This document shows, piece after piece, positions 1 through 15,667 of a DNA stretch of 64,000 nt. The translations under genes and the position numbers were made by a program. How positions within the stretch are numbered: the stretch's first letter is position 1; each line of letters starts with the position of its first letter. The stretch is from Octopus vulgaris (Eukaryota), in the NCBI GenBank assembly GCA_951406725.2, contig OX597816.1:145142001-145206000 (forward strand), written 5' to 3'. The notes beneath the pieces were generated by a model. That model was not told the DNA's origin, searched no databases, and was given only the letters and a program-made list of their open reading frames with translations.

Positions 1-74
1 CGCTCTATATACGGTTAGATATCGTATTTGTCGTTCTAGAAATTCCGCCATTTTACTGACCTTTGTAATAGTGG

Positions 75-295
75 TTTCCAATTTTCACAGTGGGCCAGTA
101 ATATTGGAGGGAACGGGTGGTGGGAGGGAGACGATTATATCGGTCCTAGGATCAGAATGATGCTACTTTTATCGACTCCAATTTGATGAAAGGCAAAGTC
201 GACCTCAGCGAAATTTGAGGTCAGAACGTATGGAAGGGCGAATTGCCGTGAAGCATTTTGTCCGGCGTGCTAAGGCTACTACCAGCTTGCCGCCT
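75..295 (+). mobile_element. SINE-like dispersed repeat, family S1 (diverged copy)
   Basis: Shares words with copies at 12213 and 16340 (tttatcgac...gatgaaaggcaaagtcgacctc..gaaatttga..tcagaacgt...aagcattt...ccagcttgccgcct) and ends at a microsatellite. Resembles an abundant octopus SINE from recall; family name not verified. Confidence 0.65.
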
Positions 296-296
296 G

Positions 297-336
<40 letters not shown>

Positions 337-381
337 ATCCTCCTCCTCCTCCTCCTCCCCCTCCTCCTCCTCCTCCTCCTC

Positions 382-441
<60 letters not shown>

Positions 442-478
442 AAAATAACAATAATAATAATAACAGTAATAATAATAA
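297..478. repeat. Compound microsatellite (CTA)n-(CCT)n-(CTA)n-(AAT)n
   Basis: Read directly; explains the poly-Y/S/T/P/N ORFs at 215-593. Confidence 0.97.
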
Positions 479-575
479 AAAATTTGGCAGAAAACTCGTA
501 AATTTAGCGAGGAAGGGGCGAGTAAATTACGTCGATCCCCAGTGCTCAATCGTAATATATTTAATCTATTCAGAA
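478..575 (+). mobile_element. S1 SINE-like 5' fragment
   Basis: gaggaaggggcgagtaaattacgtcgatccccagtgctcaa resembles gggaaggaactaattgattacatcgaccccaggactcaa at 12235. Confidence 0.45.
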
Positions 576-2270
576 TTGATGATAGGGAGATAATAATAAT
601 GACAATAATAATAATTAATAAAGAACGACCAATAGAAGAGTTTAGGGGATTTTAATTTCCAGACTGATCAGGAAATACAAGCTAGATGATCAGATATGGT
701 TTTTGACAAAGGGAAAAACGAGAGTGCACCATCATAGATTTGGTTATATCTACAGACATTAATGTAGCGGTCAAAGAACAACAGAAAATAGGATTTACCT
801 AGGGAAATACGAAGACAGTGGGGGGTTTCTATAAAAATATTCCCAGTTTTTATAGGTGCCCAATGTACCATCACCAACAGATTTAACACTTCCCTTATTG
901 AAATCGGTGTAACTACAAGAGTTGCGTTAATTCAGAAATCGCCTCTATTGTGGATAGTAAGAATTGTTAGAAAATGCCTCAGTATCTGAGAAATTGTAAA
1001 CCGGTATCAAGGACATAGACTCCGGTGCGATGACTTTATTAAACACCTCGTTTTAGTTTTCTCTATCGCTACTTATGTACTGACCCTAATTGATTCGTGT
1101 TTAATCGCGCTTTTTAAGAAAAACCATCATTTGTTATACCGATTGCCCGGTTAAACAGTTCACGTGTACGTCCAAGATACAGTTCTAATATCTCTCTAGC
1201 ACTTAAGGGATGGCTTAGACTTTTTGGGATACAGACGATTACTATTCTGAATATATAATCTTAGTTACTGGACACGTCTAGCACCACTAACTTACCTTCT
1301 GGTCGATATTGTAGAATCCAGATAATTTCCTAAATAATACAAGAGCTGCACATCCCAAACCGGTCGACTTGAAAATGCACACACCTTACAGCCAAAACCT
1401 TGTTTCACTGATTGTCATCAAATATGTAACTAGTGACCTTCAATCATTGAACAGATGGCCGTGCTTCATTGGTGACTTCAGGCCAATATCTACACAATGC
1501 ACTCAACTTTAAGTCTGGCTATGTTAGACAGAAAGAGGTAAGTGAGAATTACCCACTTATCTTATTCTTGTGGAAAGAAAGTTGTTAAGTTCTTCCTGTT
1601 TGTGTGTGGTTCCAAATTCTTTTGTTTATGATGCGTCGGAAGAATACGAGAACGCAGAACGCCGATTACACTTGATGTGAATAGAGTACTAAATTACTGC
1701 ACCAAACTATATAAATTAATAGCGACAAATTAAATGGAATTTACTGGGGAAAATGCTGACGGATGTAATATGATGATTTGCTATGTAAAATTTATTTATC
1801 TTTAACATACATAATTAGTTTACTGCCAAATTTTGTACTTGCTTGTAATCGTACGCCATGTGTACTGAAAAGAATTATATCAGTGTCAGATAAATATAAG
1901 CCACCCATCTTACAAAATGACAGACAATTCTAATAAAAGATGACACATGCATCTTGTTGTGTAAAACGAAACGCGAACTTTCAACTGAGTGTAGAAAAAC
2001 TGGAATGTGTAACATTCAGCAATGACAGAAGATAGATGAGACGGTACTTAAAATAATGACACTTTTACAGAAGATACTGTAATAATTCAGAAAAAGTTGT
2101 TGGAAGCAAAAATGATTATGATTAGGAGGATGAAAATGGTGGGGATAGCGATACTGATGACGATGCTGATAATAACAGAAAAACAATCATAATATTTTTT
2201 TCTATTGATTACAAAAATCCATTAATGAAACAAAAATGGGTCATAGAAAGTGTTAGATATCTTGTGTGAA

Positions 2271-2308
2271 TGCATATATATATATATACATATACCTGTA
2301 TATGTATA

Positions 2309-2358
<50 letters not shown>

Positions 2359-2385
2359 ATATACATATACCTATATATGTATGTG

Positions 2386-2418
<33 letters not shown>

Positions 2419-2445
2419 ATACGTATATATATGAGTGTCTGTGCG
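2271..2445. repeat. (TA)n/(TG)n microsatellite
   Basis: Read directly. Confidence 0.95.
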
Positions 2446-5400
2446 TATATATGATCATTAAATAGGAGTTCGGAAACAATAGTTAATAGTTAATATGCTA
2501 AAAGCGTTAAAAATCTACTGAAATAAACAATGCTTACTCACCTACTATTACTTGAGAAGCCGCCATCTATTTGGAATCACGTCTCCACACAAATTTAACT
2601 ATATTCCACTCGGATTACTTCTTGCAAGTAGGACTATTGAAAATTGACTGTGAGTTTCGCCGGTATTATCTAAACCACGTGGAGCCAATTTCCAAACGTT
2701 CCCTTCTACAGTTATAAAACTGGTGGAGTCCAAGCCGACAATTGGCTTAATGTATTCTTCATTACCTCAACTCTAGGCTCATTGTTTTACTTTTTGCATT
2801 TTGTGTTTACTTTTATTGGTTTAGATGTTTTTCACTTTTCTCTAGATTTTGGCAGCTTCCTATCAACACAAAATGATGGGGTGAAATTGTTGCTCTGACA
2901 GCTGTCCCGCCTCGTCTTGGGCAAAGAACTGGAAGAAGAGATGCCTCGGTTTTCAGTGCACTGGTTGCACTGGAAACATGAGTTTAGTTGAATTTGCTGC
3001 CACTCTGACTATTCTCGTACTATAGACTGGTGGTACAGAAGCAACAGCAGTAAATATGGTCTTAAACTTACGGTTTGCTGCTTGCTTTGCCATCTTTTCT
3101 TGTGGATTCATCGACCTGAAATAGCTATTACTACAATGAGCGTAGCGACTAGATCTTCTGTGTTGCACCACCGATCTAACTGACGTTTTTTCCTCTCCCT
3201 CTATTTTGGTTTCCAGTTGTCAACTCTTGATGGAATATCGGCGATATAACTTCATAAATATAATTAAAACTTTTGCTTTTGACTACACTTTAAAGGCATA
3301 TATAATTCAAAGCGTTTGCATTGTAGTAATTCTGTATACACCAGTATTCGAAATCAGCACTAAACTAAGGAAACGCATCGATAATTACTGTTGAATCACT
3401 ACTTAAGTGTTTGTGACATGTCATTAAATTTTAAATATTAAGAGCTAAGCTTCTTGGGGCTGATATAGCAGATATCACTTTGTCATGAATTTACCGCAAC
3501 GCTATTGCCATTGCGAGACTTTCCTGTACTCAGGCTGGTTGCTTACCCGGATAACCTTTGAATTGGCTGGTAGTAAATTTAATGGTGTAGCATTATTATA
3601 GGATAAACAATAATGAAATGTCCAGCAACATTCGTACCTCAACTATGTTTCTCCTTCGAATGAATGAATATAACGAGTTTTAGTGGAAATATTTAGACAT
3701 AACACGGTATTGAATGAGTAAAGAGAAAATAACATGTACAGGATCATCATGATATCGGAGACATTCAACAAAATACACTACATTATTTATATTTTTTCAG
3801 TTTTCAACTATACTACAATATTCTGCACAATATTACACTGTGATAGAAGAATGAGTTTCAGAGACGAAAACGAAAAAAAAAAAAACAAAAACAAGCAAGT
3901 GTAACCACATATTTCTCAGTGACAGGCTTATAACATTACTCACTTGAATACCATGTTATCCAGCCAAAGAAAGAAATGTTCACGATCGTTCGACATTGTT
4001 GGAATAATTTCAAAATCCCATCATATCAAAAGAGTAAGGACGTGTTATCAACGCAGTTGTAAATAAACAAAACAAAACAACTGGTGGGGATCGCTTTTGA
4101 TCATAGGTTTGCTGAAGCGGAACTGAAGGGCTTGCTTGGGTCTAATGAAATTTGATCATACTTTTAGTGTGAATGTTTTTACAGAATTTATTCTGCTGCA
4201 AATATTCGTACCAGAACCCTCGTCTCCCTCTTCGTTTTTTCCTGCAGATATTGCCCTTCAAATATTCAGCATTCGCACTATAACCAGTTTGGCACCACGG
4301 GCACTGAATAAGTTATTTGAAACAATCTCAATATTCCATTCAATAACAATGTTTGGACAACAATAATATGAAAATATAGAGGAAAGAAAATATAGTAATA
4401 ACAGTAAGAAGATTATTGGATTACTATTATAAAATGCTGCTGCTCAAAAACGTAAACATAAGCCGAAGCCATAGAGAAGACATAAAACGACATTAACAGC
4501 AATAACAGCTGCAGGGACTAGAGCAACAACAACAGAAAACTAGCAACTAAATCAATAAAAACCAATGCTAAATCAAACATGCGTCAACTGCAAGCACAGC
4601 AAGATGACGGATATATGCAGCAGTCATGTTAGTAGCAATGGTAAAAAGAAAACTATGAAACAATAACGATAATGAAAAAAAAGGCAAAAAGGAAAACATC
4701 AAGAAATGATTTTCTTATCATGGATCGGCTTGGTTTAATATATCAACTAAATTTTCATATATCTCTCATTTTCTCTTGAAAATTGAGATTAGACATCTTT
4801 GTTTCTTTAATTTAACAGTTTACTCGACATGAGCTTCAGCTTGATATCCAATTTATTCTAGTGTATTTTAATAGCGAAAAATAAAAAAAAAACATTTCAG
4901 TCATGGCCCTCTTGATTTATTTGAAATAAATCAATAGGGCCAATCAGTTTTAATCATTTAAATTATGAAATCAAATATTTGTTTTCAACTGATTAGGAAG
5001 ACTCATGTAAATTAAATCTATGCTTATTAGGTCCTATAGACCGAAACAAGCACATAGTTAACACATACGCATAGAGAAAGGAAATACTTCTCTGTTAAGC
5101 TAGGTAAATTAACAAAGACTTTATTTATTTCTTGAAATTACTTTGAGTATCGCTAACAATTACTGCATAACATTTCTTTTTTTCTCCAAGTAAAGGAGAC
5201 CTGGCTGGGTATTTTTGCATATTGTAATTATTGCAACTGGCCATCCCTATCTATCTAAATTCAGGTCATTGGTCTATTTGAGTTATTTCTTTCGGCTCAC
5301 TTTTAAAAATTATATTCGTTCCTATATTGGTTTCCTTCGTGTGAGTATGAGTTACGCTTGCATGCAACTTTAAAGCATACTACCACCTTTGTCCATCTTA

Positions 5401-8400
5401 TAAATTATTCTGTAATTGAGACTTGATGATTTGATCACATTCAACAACACCAAAATATAAACTTAAAGAACCCTACCAGCTATACATAATACTGCATCTC
5501 CACTGCTACTGATGAATATTATGGAATTTAAACAGTCACTTGCGGTACAAACGTTAAGTCTAATAATCTCCTATAACCTGTCATGCAGATCCCAGATTCT
5601 CTGCCTTGTCAGGATTATATGAGAAATGATACAGCAGATAATATATTGAAGATCTCAGAGCTTCTGTATTTAAATTCACTTCAGTTGTTTCATTGTGTAT
5701 TTGGGAAGTCTTCTTAATACTACACGATTTACTTCACCAATCTGTTGATTCTCTTGGAATGTTCCATGAAATATCAAACAGAAGATTTAACTCACATGTT
5801 AAATCAAAGAGAAAATTTAATCTCATGCGCTTAATGCTATGAAACCTTCCGGCTTCTAAGAAATTTACATTCTTAACATATTCAAAACTACAACACAAAC
5901 ATTCATTTTCTTCTAGAAATTCAGAAAACACATCAGTAGCAAATAATTGTTATATCTTCATAAAAACAGACATGTTCTAATTCTTATTTACCGACCAAGT
6001 ATTCATTTACTGATTGCCTGTATGTATAAATACGCAACAATAAGGGCCAACATGATAGCCTCTATGCACCTACTTGTAATATCAGTCGAAGGTTTCTCAA
6101 ATCACAATGAAATCTCTTTAAAAATAAAGAAAGGACATGTTGAATAATATCAGTATACACTGTAAAAGGACAAGGAAGTGATGACCGAAACGAAATCAAT
6201 TGTTGGTTTAATCGCTCGACCAAACTGATTCGAAATAACAAAAGAAGAAAAAAATGAACGGTTTTAATGACATTCCAGAAAATATCGCCTATATTGTTAA
6301 GCAATTATTAACAACCTAACTTTTTCTTTTTTCTTTATATGCTTTAAATGAACTGCCTTGAAGCTTAATTTTTCTCCTTAATACTACATTTCGATTCTTT
6401 TACCTCACCAACTCGGCGCTGCTCGTGGTAAATAGCATTTATGAAAACTTTTCTTCTGTTTCTGTCACGCCACTGTGTCTCACTTTGCTACATTGTAAAA
6501 CCATTTTCTTTATAACGGAACTTCTGCCTGCTTGTTTCTATGAATTAATGTGCTATCATTCACGCTGGACAGTAAATAATATTTCTTGTCTGATCGATCC
6601 ATTGCAACAGGCAGAAGTGTCTCTCTCTCTCTCTCTCTCTCGTTCTCACTCTCTTTTTCTTTTTTTCTCTCTCTCTCTTTCTTGCGTTCTCACTCTCTTT
6701 ATTTCTCTCATTCTCACTTCCCCTCCTTCGTATTCTATGAATTTTGATGCATCTAAAAGGAGTGACGTCACCACACTTTTTCTGTTCATATATATATATT
6801 GTTACTTATTCACAAGCAAGTGCGCACACATACGCACACACTTACGCACACTCACACACACACACACATGCACATACACAAGCGTCATCTAACAAACTTT
6901 AAATATATATTGCAAATTTTTCTTTACCGTTTAGTCAAGGAAAGTCCATGCACACAGGCTTCAGAAAATCGTAGATAATAAACGGACGAAAATATCTTCA
7001 AATCGAAGATTTGTTCCTATTGTTTGCAAAAGAGTAAACTTCTTCTGCAACCCCAAAGGCCGCGTGGGAATGTGTAAGTTGACAGGGTATTAAATAAATC
7101 CACGGAAACAGAACTTTGATGAAAGAAAATATTGCAACAGTTGAGTTGAGCAACACCAAAACCCTTTCACTGCACGTAGGACATATTCAGTTCACGTTAC
7201 ATCCGTTGCTATATCGTATATTTTGTCAATAATTCTGCTGATAATCAGGCAGTTTGATTCCATGAACAGAATTCCTAGCAAGGCCTTTTTACATTTTTAC
7301 ACTTTTATGGAATTCACTGTTGTGTAACATAGCTACGTGCTCTCAGTGATCCACATTCAACAATATTTTGTTTTATCAATTTTATTCTATTTATTGCTTC
7401 TGTCAACTTTGTATTGTTTAGTGCGGTTGTTGTGTTTTATTCTGTTGTACGATAAGCGATAGAATTTTGTCACGGTTCTGTATTTGGAAGAACGTTTCCC
7501 TGGGAATATTTATGGTTTCATCATTATCTCTGATGTAGTTATTTTTTTCTTTGAGTTCGGATACAATTAATACTCCTTTTTCTTAATGCTTTCTTATGCT
7601 TTCACTGTGATTCGAGGGTTAATTTATTATACACGTTGTCGGTTTTCTTTTCTCTAATTTGAATGTGATAAGTTCGATTGCGATTTTAACATTGATTTGT
7701 CGTAGGTTCTCATTTATGTGTGGTCTTTTGTTTTGTTTCCTTGTTTCTGTTTCGAATTTTTTGGATCATGCTATTGTTTATTATAAATCTACGTCCGTTC
7801 GCGTATTCGTAATTATATTCTTCAAATCATCATTTTTCCATACTCATAAGAGTCTTTCGGAAAGCTCATGTTTTTAGATGGAATGATTATACATAAAGTA
7901 ATGGCAAAGTTAAAAAAAATATTATACGCCTCTCTTATATATTTATTTGTTTCTTAGTTAGCGTAATCCAGGAATTTCAGAGATGTTAGAGTCAAAGAAT
8001 AATTGGCTTTTTTCTAGTATATTAAAATCAAACATTAGTGGTTCCTATTGTAATTTCTATTCCTCCTCTTATCAGTGCGATGAAAATAACAATGGCTGCA
8101 ATAAGTACAACAAGAAGAAGAGCAAAGCAATAACTAAAACAGCATCAGCAATAACTTAGATAAAGACTTACGCCACTCAAAGTACATTCAGAATAAAAGA
8201 AAATATTCCATCTTAAGGATTTAGATTGTATCACAGATGTTCGTTGTTGTTCTTCCTTATGCTTTTACACATTTTTTTATTGATTTATTATCACTGATAT
8301 CTTGGATAATAAGATTTTATTATTAATTTGTGCATCTCATGAGAGCTGTAAAGCAAGGTGAAAGCGCCCATGAACCACAGTTTTTTCTATTTCTTCCAAA

Positions 8401-8411
8401 CAAGTGTTCCA

Positions 8412-8572
8412 TATGTATGTATATTTGTATGTATGTATGTATGTATGTATGTATGTATGTATGTATGTATGTATGTATGTATGTATGTATGTACGTACGT
8501 ACATACGTACATACATATATACGTACGTACATACGTACATACATACATATGTACATACATATATATATATAT
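8412..8572. repeat. (TATG)n/(TACG/TACA)n/(TA)n microsatellite
   Basis: Read directly. Confidence 0.95.
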
Positions 8573-10180
8573 AGTGAAAACCTATGACAATCACAGCCTC
8601 TCATTTATTGTCGTAAATCACAGATATTTTACACTTGACAAAAAATCATTTGTGTATTTATTTTCTTTTTCTGTCATAATATTTTGTTTCATAATTTGAA
8701 GCTTTAGATATTCGATGCTTTATAATAATTTCAGGTGATGGTGAACTCGTGAAAATAAATGAAGACTTCTTACATTATATACTATGACACAAGTAAATAA
8801 TTGTCGTGTGGCGCTTATGTTTTCTGAAAGCTGGATAGTATTTTGAAAGAATATTTCAGAATATTCATAAGGTCGCGATTACATATATAAAACCAAATTT
8901 AAAGAATTTAAGCAGTTTGTATACCATTCTCACCGGTGGCTCCGTATTTGTGTCTTAGTGATCTAGCGTTGGAATAACTATGAAGATAAGGGAAATATGA
9001 TTGAAAATTTTAGGTTTATAACTCTATACGATTCAGAATTATATAATATAACTTCTGAGCAATTCAAATCAGGGAATCTGGTTTGCACACCTGAACTTTT
9101 CTTAATAAAGCCCTTTAAAAACAAAATATGAAATCTCAGAATCTATAATGTAATACTTTCACCGTTATGAAAACGTTTTATTAATGCTTGGAATGTGTCA
9201 GCTAAATATTGATTAGGATGTGTATCACCGGAACCTAGAAGTACCAGAGATTTCCAATTGTCCAACAATGAAAAATATTAAGAAAATATAAATGAAATGT
9301 TTAAATTTAAACCCTTGTTAAGCACAAACTTCTTTTGTGGCTGCGTATCCGATATTTGAGAACTAACTAATCTTCCTATTCACAATAATTTCAATTACTA
9401 TTTCTATAATTACCATTAGATCCAAACGCAAACTAGCTATGCACAATTGAGATAGAAATGCCCACCAATCTCACCGTAAATGAAGATGGGCTATCTGAAT
9501 GCAGAGAATACCAAAAGGAAACCAATGAAACCAATTATGTATTACTTGTCTTCATCGGTGTCATTATCCTCGACGTCAACAGCAATAGAAACAGAACCAA
9601 GGGCTATAAAATCAGAATTTAGCGTCATCAAACAATTTCATAATATACCAAAGCATCATTATAATAGTTATCACAAAACCCTAGACATCAAAATAACTTT
9701 TGATATTTGATGATGATAAGGTTCATGAAGAGGGTTAGCATGAGTGAGTGAAGAAGTAGAAGAAGAAGGAGGAGGAACATGGTGGGGATGCTATTGACGA
9801 GGTGGGTGATAATAATTCCGATGGTAAAGACGAAATGAATAATATTAGTGATGACAGTGGTGGTGAAATAAATATATAGAAATAAATATATACATGTCAA
9901 AATTTACTATTAAAGATACTAGTCTGAAATGAAACATGAAAGAAAACAAGGACAATATTTTGTTTATTAAAAAATAAAACAAATATCGTCATAACCATTA
10001 ATATAACTTTAATCATCTTTAACATCATAATCATCTCGCCAATCACATCCTTTTCCTCGTAAACATCACCAGCTTTCTCCGTTTGATATTTTCATATTTT
10101 GTTCTTTAATAATAACAAAGAAAGAAACCAGTCACCATTATTAACTTTATTATAATCATCAGCTTCAACAGCATAGAAGC

Positions 10181-11350
10181 CAGCCAGCCAGCCAGCCAGC
10201 CAGCCATCAACATCATCTTCATCCTCCTCCTCCTCCTCCTCCTCATCATCATCATCATCATCATCATCGTGGACCTCCTCCCTTCCCTCCTCCCTTCCCC
10301 CTCCTCCTCCCTTCCTCTCCCTCCTCTCTTCCCCTCCCTCCTCTCTTTCCCTTCCTCCTACTCCCCTCCACACTCTTCGTTTCTTCCTCCCACTCCCTCT
10401 CCTCCTCCGATCTTCCCCCTACTCCTCTTCACACTCCTCCCCTCCTCCTACTCCCCTCCACACTCTTCGTTTCTTCCTCCCACTCCCTCTCCTCCTCCGA
10501 TACACATCCTTCTCTCCTCTACCTACTCACCTCCTCCTCATCCTTCCCTACTCTACTTCCTCTTCCCATTCTTCCTTCCCACTTACTCCTACCCCTCCTT
10601 CTCCCACCCCTTCCCCTTATTTCTCCCTTTCCCCTTCCTCCCTCATCTTATTCTTCCCCTTCCCCTTCTTCCTCCTCCTCATTCCTTCCTCCCATTCCTC
10701 TTCCTCTCTTCCCTTCCCCCTTCCTCCCTCCCCTTCTCCTTCCCTCCTTCCTTAATTCCCTTCCTTTCTCCCCTTCTTCCTCCCTCATCCCCCTCCCCTA
10801 CTCATTCTCCCCTTGAGCTCTTCCCTTCCTCCCATCCCTACCTCCTCCTTCCTGCTCTTCCCTACTATTCCTCCCCTTCCTCCTCTTACCTACTTCCTCT
10901 CATTCATCCCCTCCTTCTCCTCCTCCCATCATCCCCCCTCTTCTTCCCTTCATTCCCTCCTCCTCCCTTCATCCCCTCCCTCTTCTTCTCTTCATTCCCT
11001 CCTCCTCCTCCCTTCGCCTCTTCCTCCTCCCTTCTTCCTCCTTCCCCTCTTCCTCTCTTCCTCCTCGCCCATTCCTCCTCCCCTCTTCCCCCTTCCTCCT
11101 CCCCTCTTCCCCCTTCCTCCTCCCTTCTTCCTCCTTCCCCTCTTCCTCGCCTCTTCCTTCTCCCATCCTCGCCGCTTCCCCCTCCCATTATTCTCCTCCC
11201 CTCTTCCCCCTTCCTCATCCCTTCTTCCTCCTTCCCCTCTTCCTCGCCCCTTCCTTCTCCCATCCTCGCCGCTTCCCCCTCCCCTTATTCTCCTCCCCTC
11301 TTCCCCCGCTCCCCTTCCTCTCCCCTCTTCCTCCTCTGCATCATCATCAT
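10181..11350. repeat. ~1.1 kb polypyrimidine (C/T) low-complexity tract with internal duplications, bracketed by (CAGC)n and (CAT)n
   Basis: The + strand is almost only C/T; a 58-bp unit is repeated at 10354-10411 and 10444-10501. Confidence 0.95.
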
Positions 11351-11665
11351 CATAATGAATGTCAACAGCATCATCTAACTCACTAATAAATTGAAATGCA
11401 AGGCAAGAGAAATCACAATGACATATGTCGTTCCATTGTCGTTGATAGAAATCAATTGCTTTTTGAAATTGTTTTTGGTTTTATTTTTGATTTTTGATAT
11501 TAAAATTTTCAATTAGGAAACTGGAGTAACTAATGGATAAATAAGACCTTCAGAAAACGTAAACCAGACAATAGCTATCCTAGCTATTTCATTAGAAGGA
11601 AAATAAATGGATTTCAGTAAATTCAAAATCAATAGAAAAAACAACAATACCAAGAACAAAAACAA

Positions 11666-11667
<2 letters not shown>

Positions 11668-11736
<69 letters not shown>
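11668..11736. repeat. (AAT)n microsatellite
   Basis: Read directly. Confidence 0.97.
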
Positions 11737-12212
11737 TTGTTGAAATACCTAACCGTGTTCACAATTATGACTGTTCGGCCTATTTAACTCACTACATTCC
11801 AGACACAGCAAACCACACCCATTACCAATTCCCCCTGTCTTCCAGAACCTTGCCCCCACACAGGTTAGCAGGAAACCTATCAGGATGAAAACAGCCATTT
11901 CAGTTTCTATGGCTACGGAAGGTGGCGAACCCTAAGGCAAGAAGAAGAGCAACAGTGACAACTCTAAATGTAGTAACAATGACGAAAACAGCTGAGCCAT
12001 CATGACTACAGATGAGAGTCATGACACGTATATGAACAACAACAGTAGCAGGAACAACCATAGAAAAAAAGAACAACAATAACAACAGAATCACCGTTGT
12101 TACAGGAGATAACCAGAGCAACAAAGACAGCGACAATACCAACAGAAACAATACAATTCACAAAAGCAGGGCTACCGCCACCACTGACAACAGCAATACA
12201 CTTTTTTACTAT

Positions 12213-12383
12213 AAGCACAAGTCTTGAAATTTTTTGGGAAGGAACTAATTGATTACATCGACCCCAGGACTCAACTGGAGGGAAATCGATCTCGACAGCA
12301 TTTGAATTCAGAACGTGAAGACGGACGAAATACTGCTAAGCATTTCGCTCTGCGTGTTAACGATTCTGCCAGCTTGCAGCCTT
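12213..12383 (+). mobile_element. S1 SINE-like dispersed repeat
   Basis: atcgaccccag..ctcaactgg, atttgaattcagaacgtgaagacggacgaaatactgctaagcattt and aacgattctgccagcttg are collinear with the copy at 75-295. Confidence 0.7.
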
Positions 12384-12612
12384 ATCATTAACCCATTAGC
12401 GCCCATGGTCCTTTTTTTAAGGACCAGTAGGGTAATTCATAATATTTCTGCAACACCTGTATTTTTTTTTAGATATATTTAGTTAGTCTTGCGAATATTG
12501 TAATAATTTTTTTTTTGTATATTTAGTATCAGATAAAGTTGTATAGAAAAGATTTTTGGTAAAAAATTAAATAAAAAATTGGGCACTAATGGATTAATAA
12601 TAATAATCCTTT

Positions 12613-13047
12613 CTAGAAGGAACAGGGGTGTGCAGCAACATGAGTCAGGTGAATTCCATCAGGAATCATAAGAGAAATATTATGATTTATACAGAAGGTG
12701 GGACATGTAGAGATTCCCATTTGGTGTACGCAGCAGAATGCACGAAATACAGCTTGATTTATGTTGGTTGTACAACAGAACAATTAAACAAAAGATTTAA
12801 TGTGCACAGATATGACATCAGGCACAATAACAGTAGTTCGACAGAATTTGCCGTACATTTTGCATCAAATGGCTGCAATTTTGAAAAAGACTTGAAGCGG
12901 CATATTCTCAGAAGATATTCTGAATCTGCTACGCCTTCAATACTCAAAATGCATGAGGAGTAATATGTTTGCAGGTTATTAACATCACGCCCTGGAGTAA
13001 TGAATAAAATGATAGGAGAATTTCATCAAATTTACACAACACTTTGA
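12613..13047 (+). mobile_element. Penelope-like element 3' fragment encoding a decayed GIY-YIG endonuclease
   Basis: ORF 12628-12963 has C..D..LVYAAECTKYSLIYVGCTT..L..RF..HR.DI.....FAVHF, the PLE GIY-YIG/Zn motif pattern. After an in-frame stop the frame continues with YVCRLLTSRPGVMN, typical of PLE C-termini. Confidence 0.8.
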
Positions 13048-13290
13048 TTAAATATTCTTCTTCTTTTTCCTTTTCTTCTTCAATTATTTTTCTTTTTTCT
13101 CTTTTCTTTATTTTACTTTTTGCCAGTTGCATATTTCAACTTTGAAAACTGATAATATCATTCTATCAACATGAGAAAGCTGGTTACTCTCGTTCATATT
13201 TTGGATTTGAATTTCTATAATTTTGAATTTTTGTTACTTTTCATTTTGAACTCGACAAAGAGAGGGAATAGTTACGTTAATACTTTTAAA

Positions 13291-13643
<353 letters not shown>

Positions 13644-13653
13644 AATAATAATA

Positions 13654-14920
<1,267 letters not shown>

Positions 14921-14940
14921 AATAATAATAATAATAATAA

Positions 14941-15660
14941 GATTGAAACAGTGGACCACCTAATCTCTGGATGTCAAGTCTTAGCACCAGTGGAGTATAA
15001 ATTAAGACATGACAGAGTTGGCCAATATCTACACTGGCTAATAAGTCGGCATTACAATATCAAAACTGCCGACAAGTGGTACAATCACCACCCTGAGGCT
15101 GTAACTGAATGAGAAAATGTAACTATTCTGTGGGACTTTCCAGTACATACAGACCTAACCATCAAAGCCAATAAACCAGATATTGTTGTGATAGACCAAA
15201 ACAATAAAGTTTGCTTATTGATCGACATGAGCATCCCCTGTGATCATAATATCTCAGCGAAAGAGTTTGACAAGCTCAGAAAATATAAAGACCTACTCAT
15301 TAAAATTGAGAAAATGTGGCATCTCAAGGCGGTTACAATACCAGTGATCGTAGGAGCACTAGGAATGATCAAGAAGGGAACCGAAAATTATATGAGAATG
15401 ACCCCTGGCTTACCATCCCTGCAATAAGTGCAAACGATTGTCTTAACTGGTACATTACACGTATTGAGAAGAGCATTGTCGATGTGAGAACTGTTGCTGC
15501 TCATGTATTTTAATTTAACTTAAAAAAAAAAAAAAAAAATGAACGAACTATTGAGTTTGGTTTAATGGCCTACCAATGTATACTATGAGTTTCTTTGCCC
15601 TAGGAGTCGGGAAGACACTCGGCAAGAAATGGAAGCAAATTTGAAAGAAGAAAAAAAAAT
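14941..15660 (+). mobile_element. R4/Dong-like retrotransposon, family A, 5'-truncated copy
   Basis: Near-identical to 27939-28660, including the internal poly(A) and the 3'UTR hairpin; carries nonsense changes; preceded by (AAT)n. Confidence 0.92.
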
Positions 15661-15667
15661 AAAATAA

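Noticed and set aside
215-593. Homopolymer-rich ORFs (poly-Y/S/T/P/N) here and similar YI/VC/HT/MYVC ORFs across the window
   Set aside because: They are translations of microsatellites.
1455-1537. Candidate exon xGRASLVTSGQYLHNALNFKSGYVRQKE ending at a strong donor (gag|gtaagt)
   Set aside because: Weak acceptor, no recognisable homology and no phase-compatible next exon found; unsupported without RNA data.
3070-3113. Candidate minus-strand exon VDESTRKDGKASSKP
   Set aside because: Short, with no homology; AG/GT signals of this quality are expected by chance in 64 kb.
10269-11378. 369-aa proline/serine-rich ORF and overlapping 180/119/65-aa ORFs as genes
   Set aside because: Stop codons are nearly impossible in a C/T-only tract; no domain and no splice or context support.
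13145-13195. Hammerhead relic after the PLE GIY-YIG fragment (ctgataa...atgagaaagc)
   Set aside because: The core is mutated and stem I does not pair; indistinguishable from chance.
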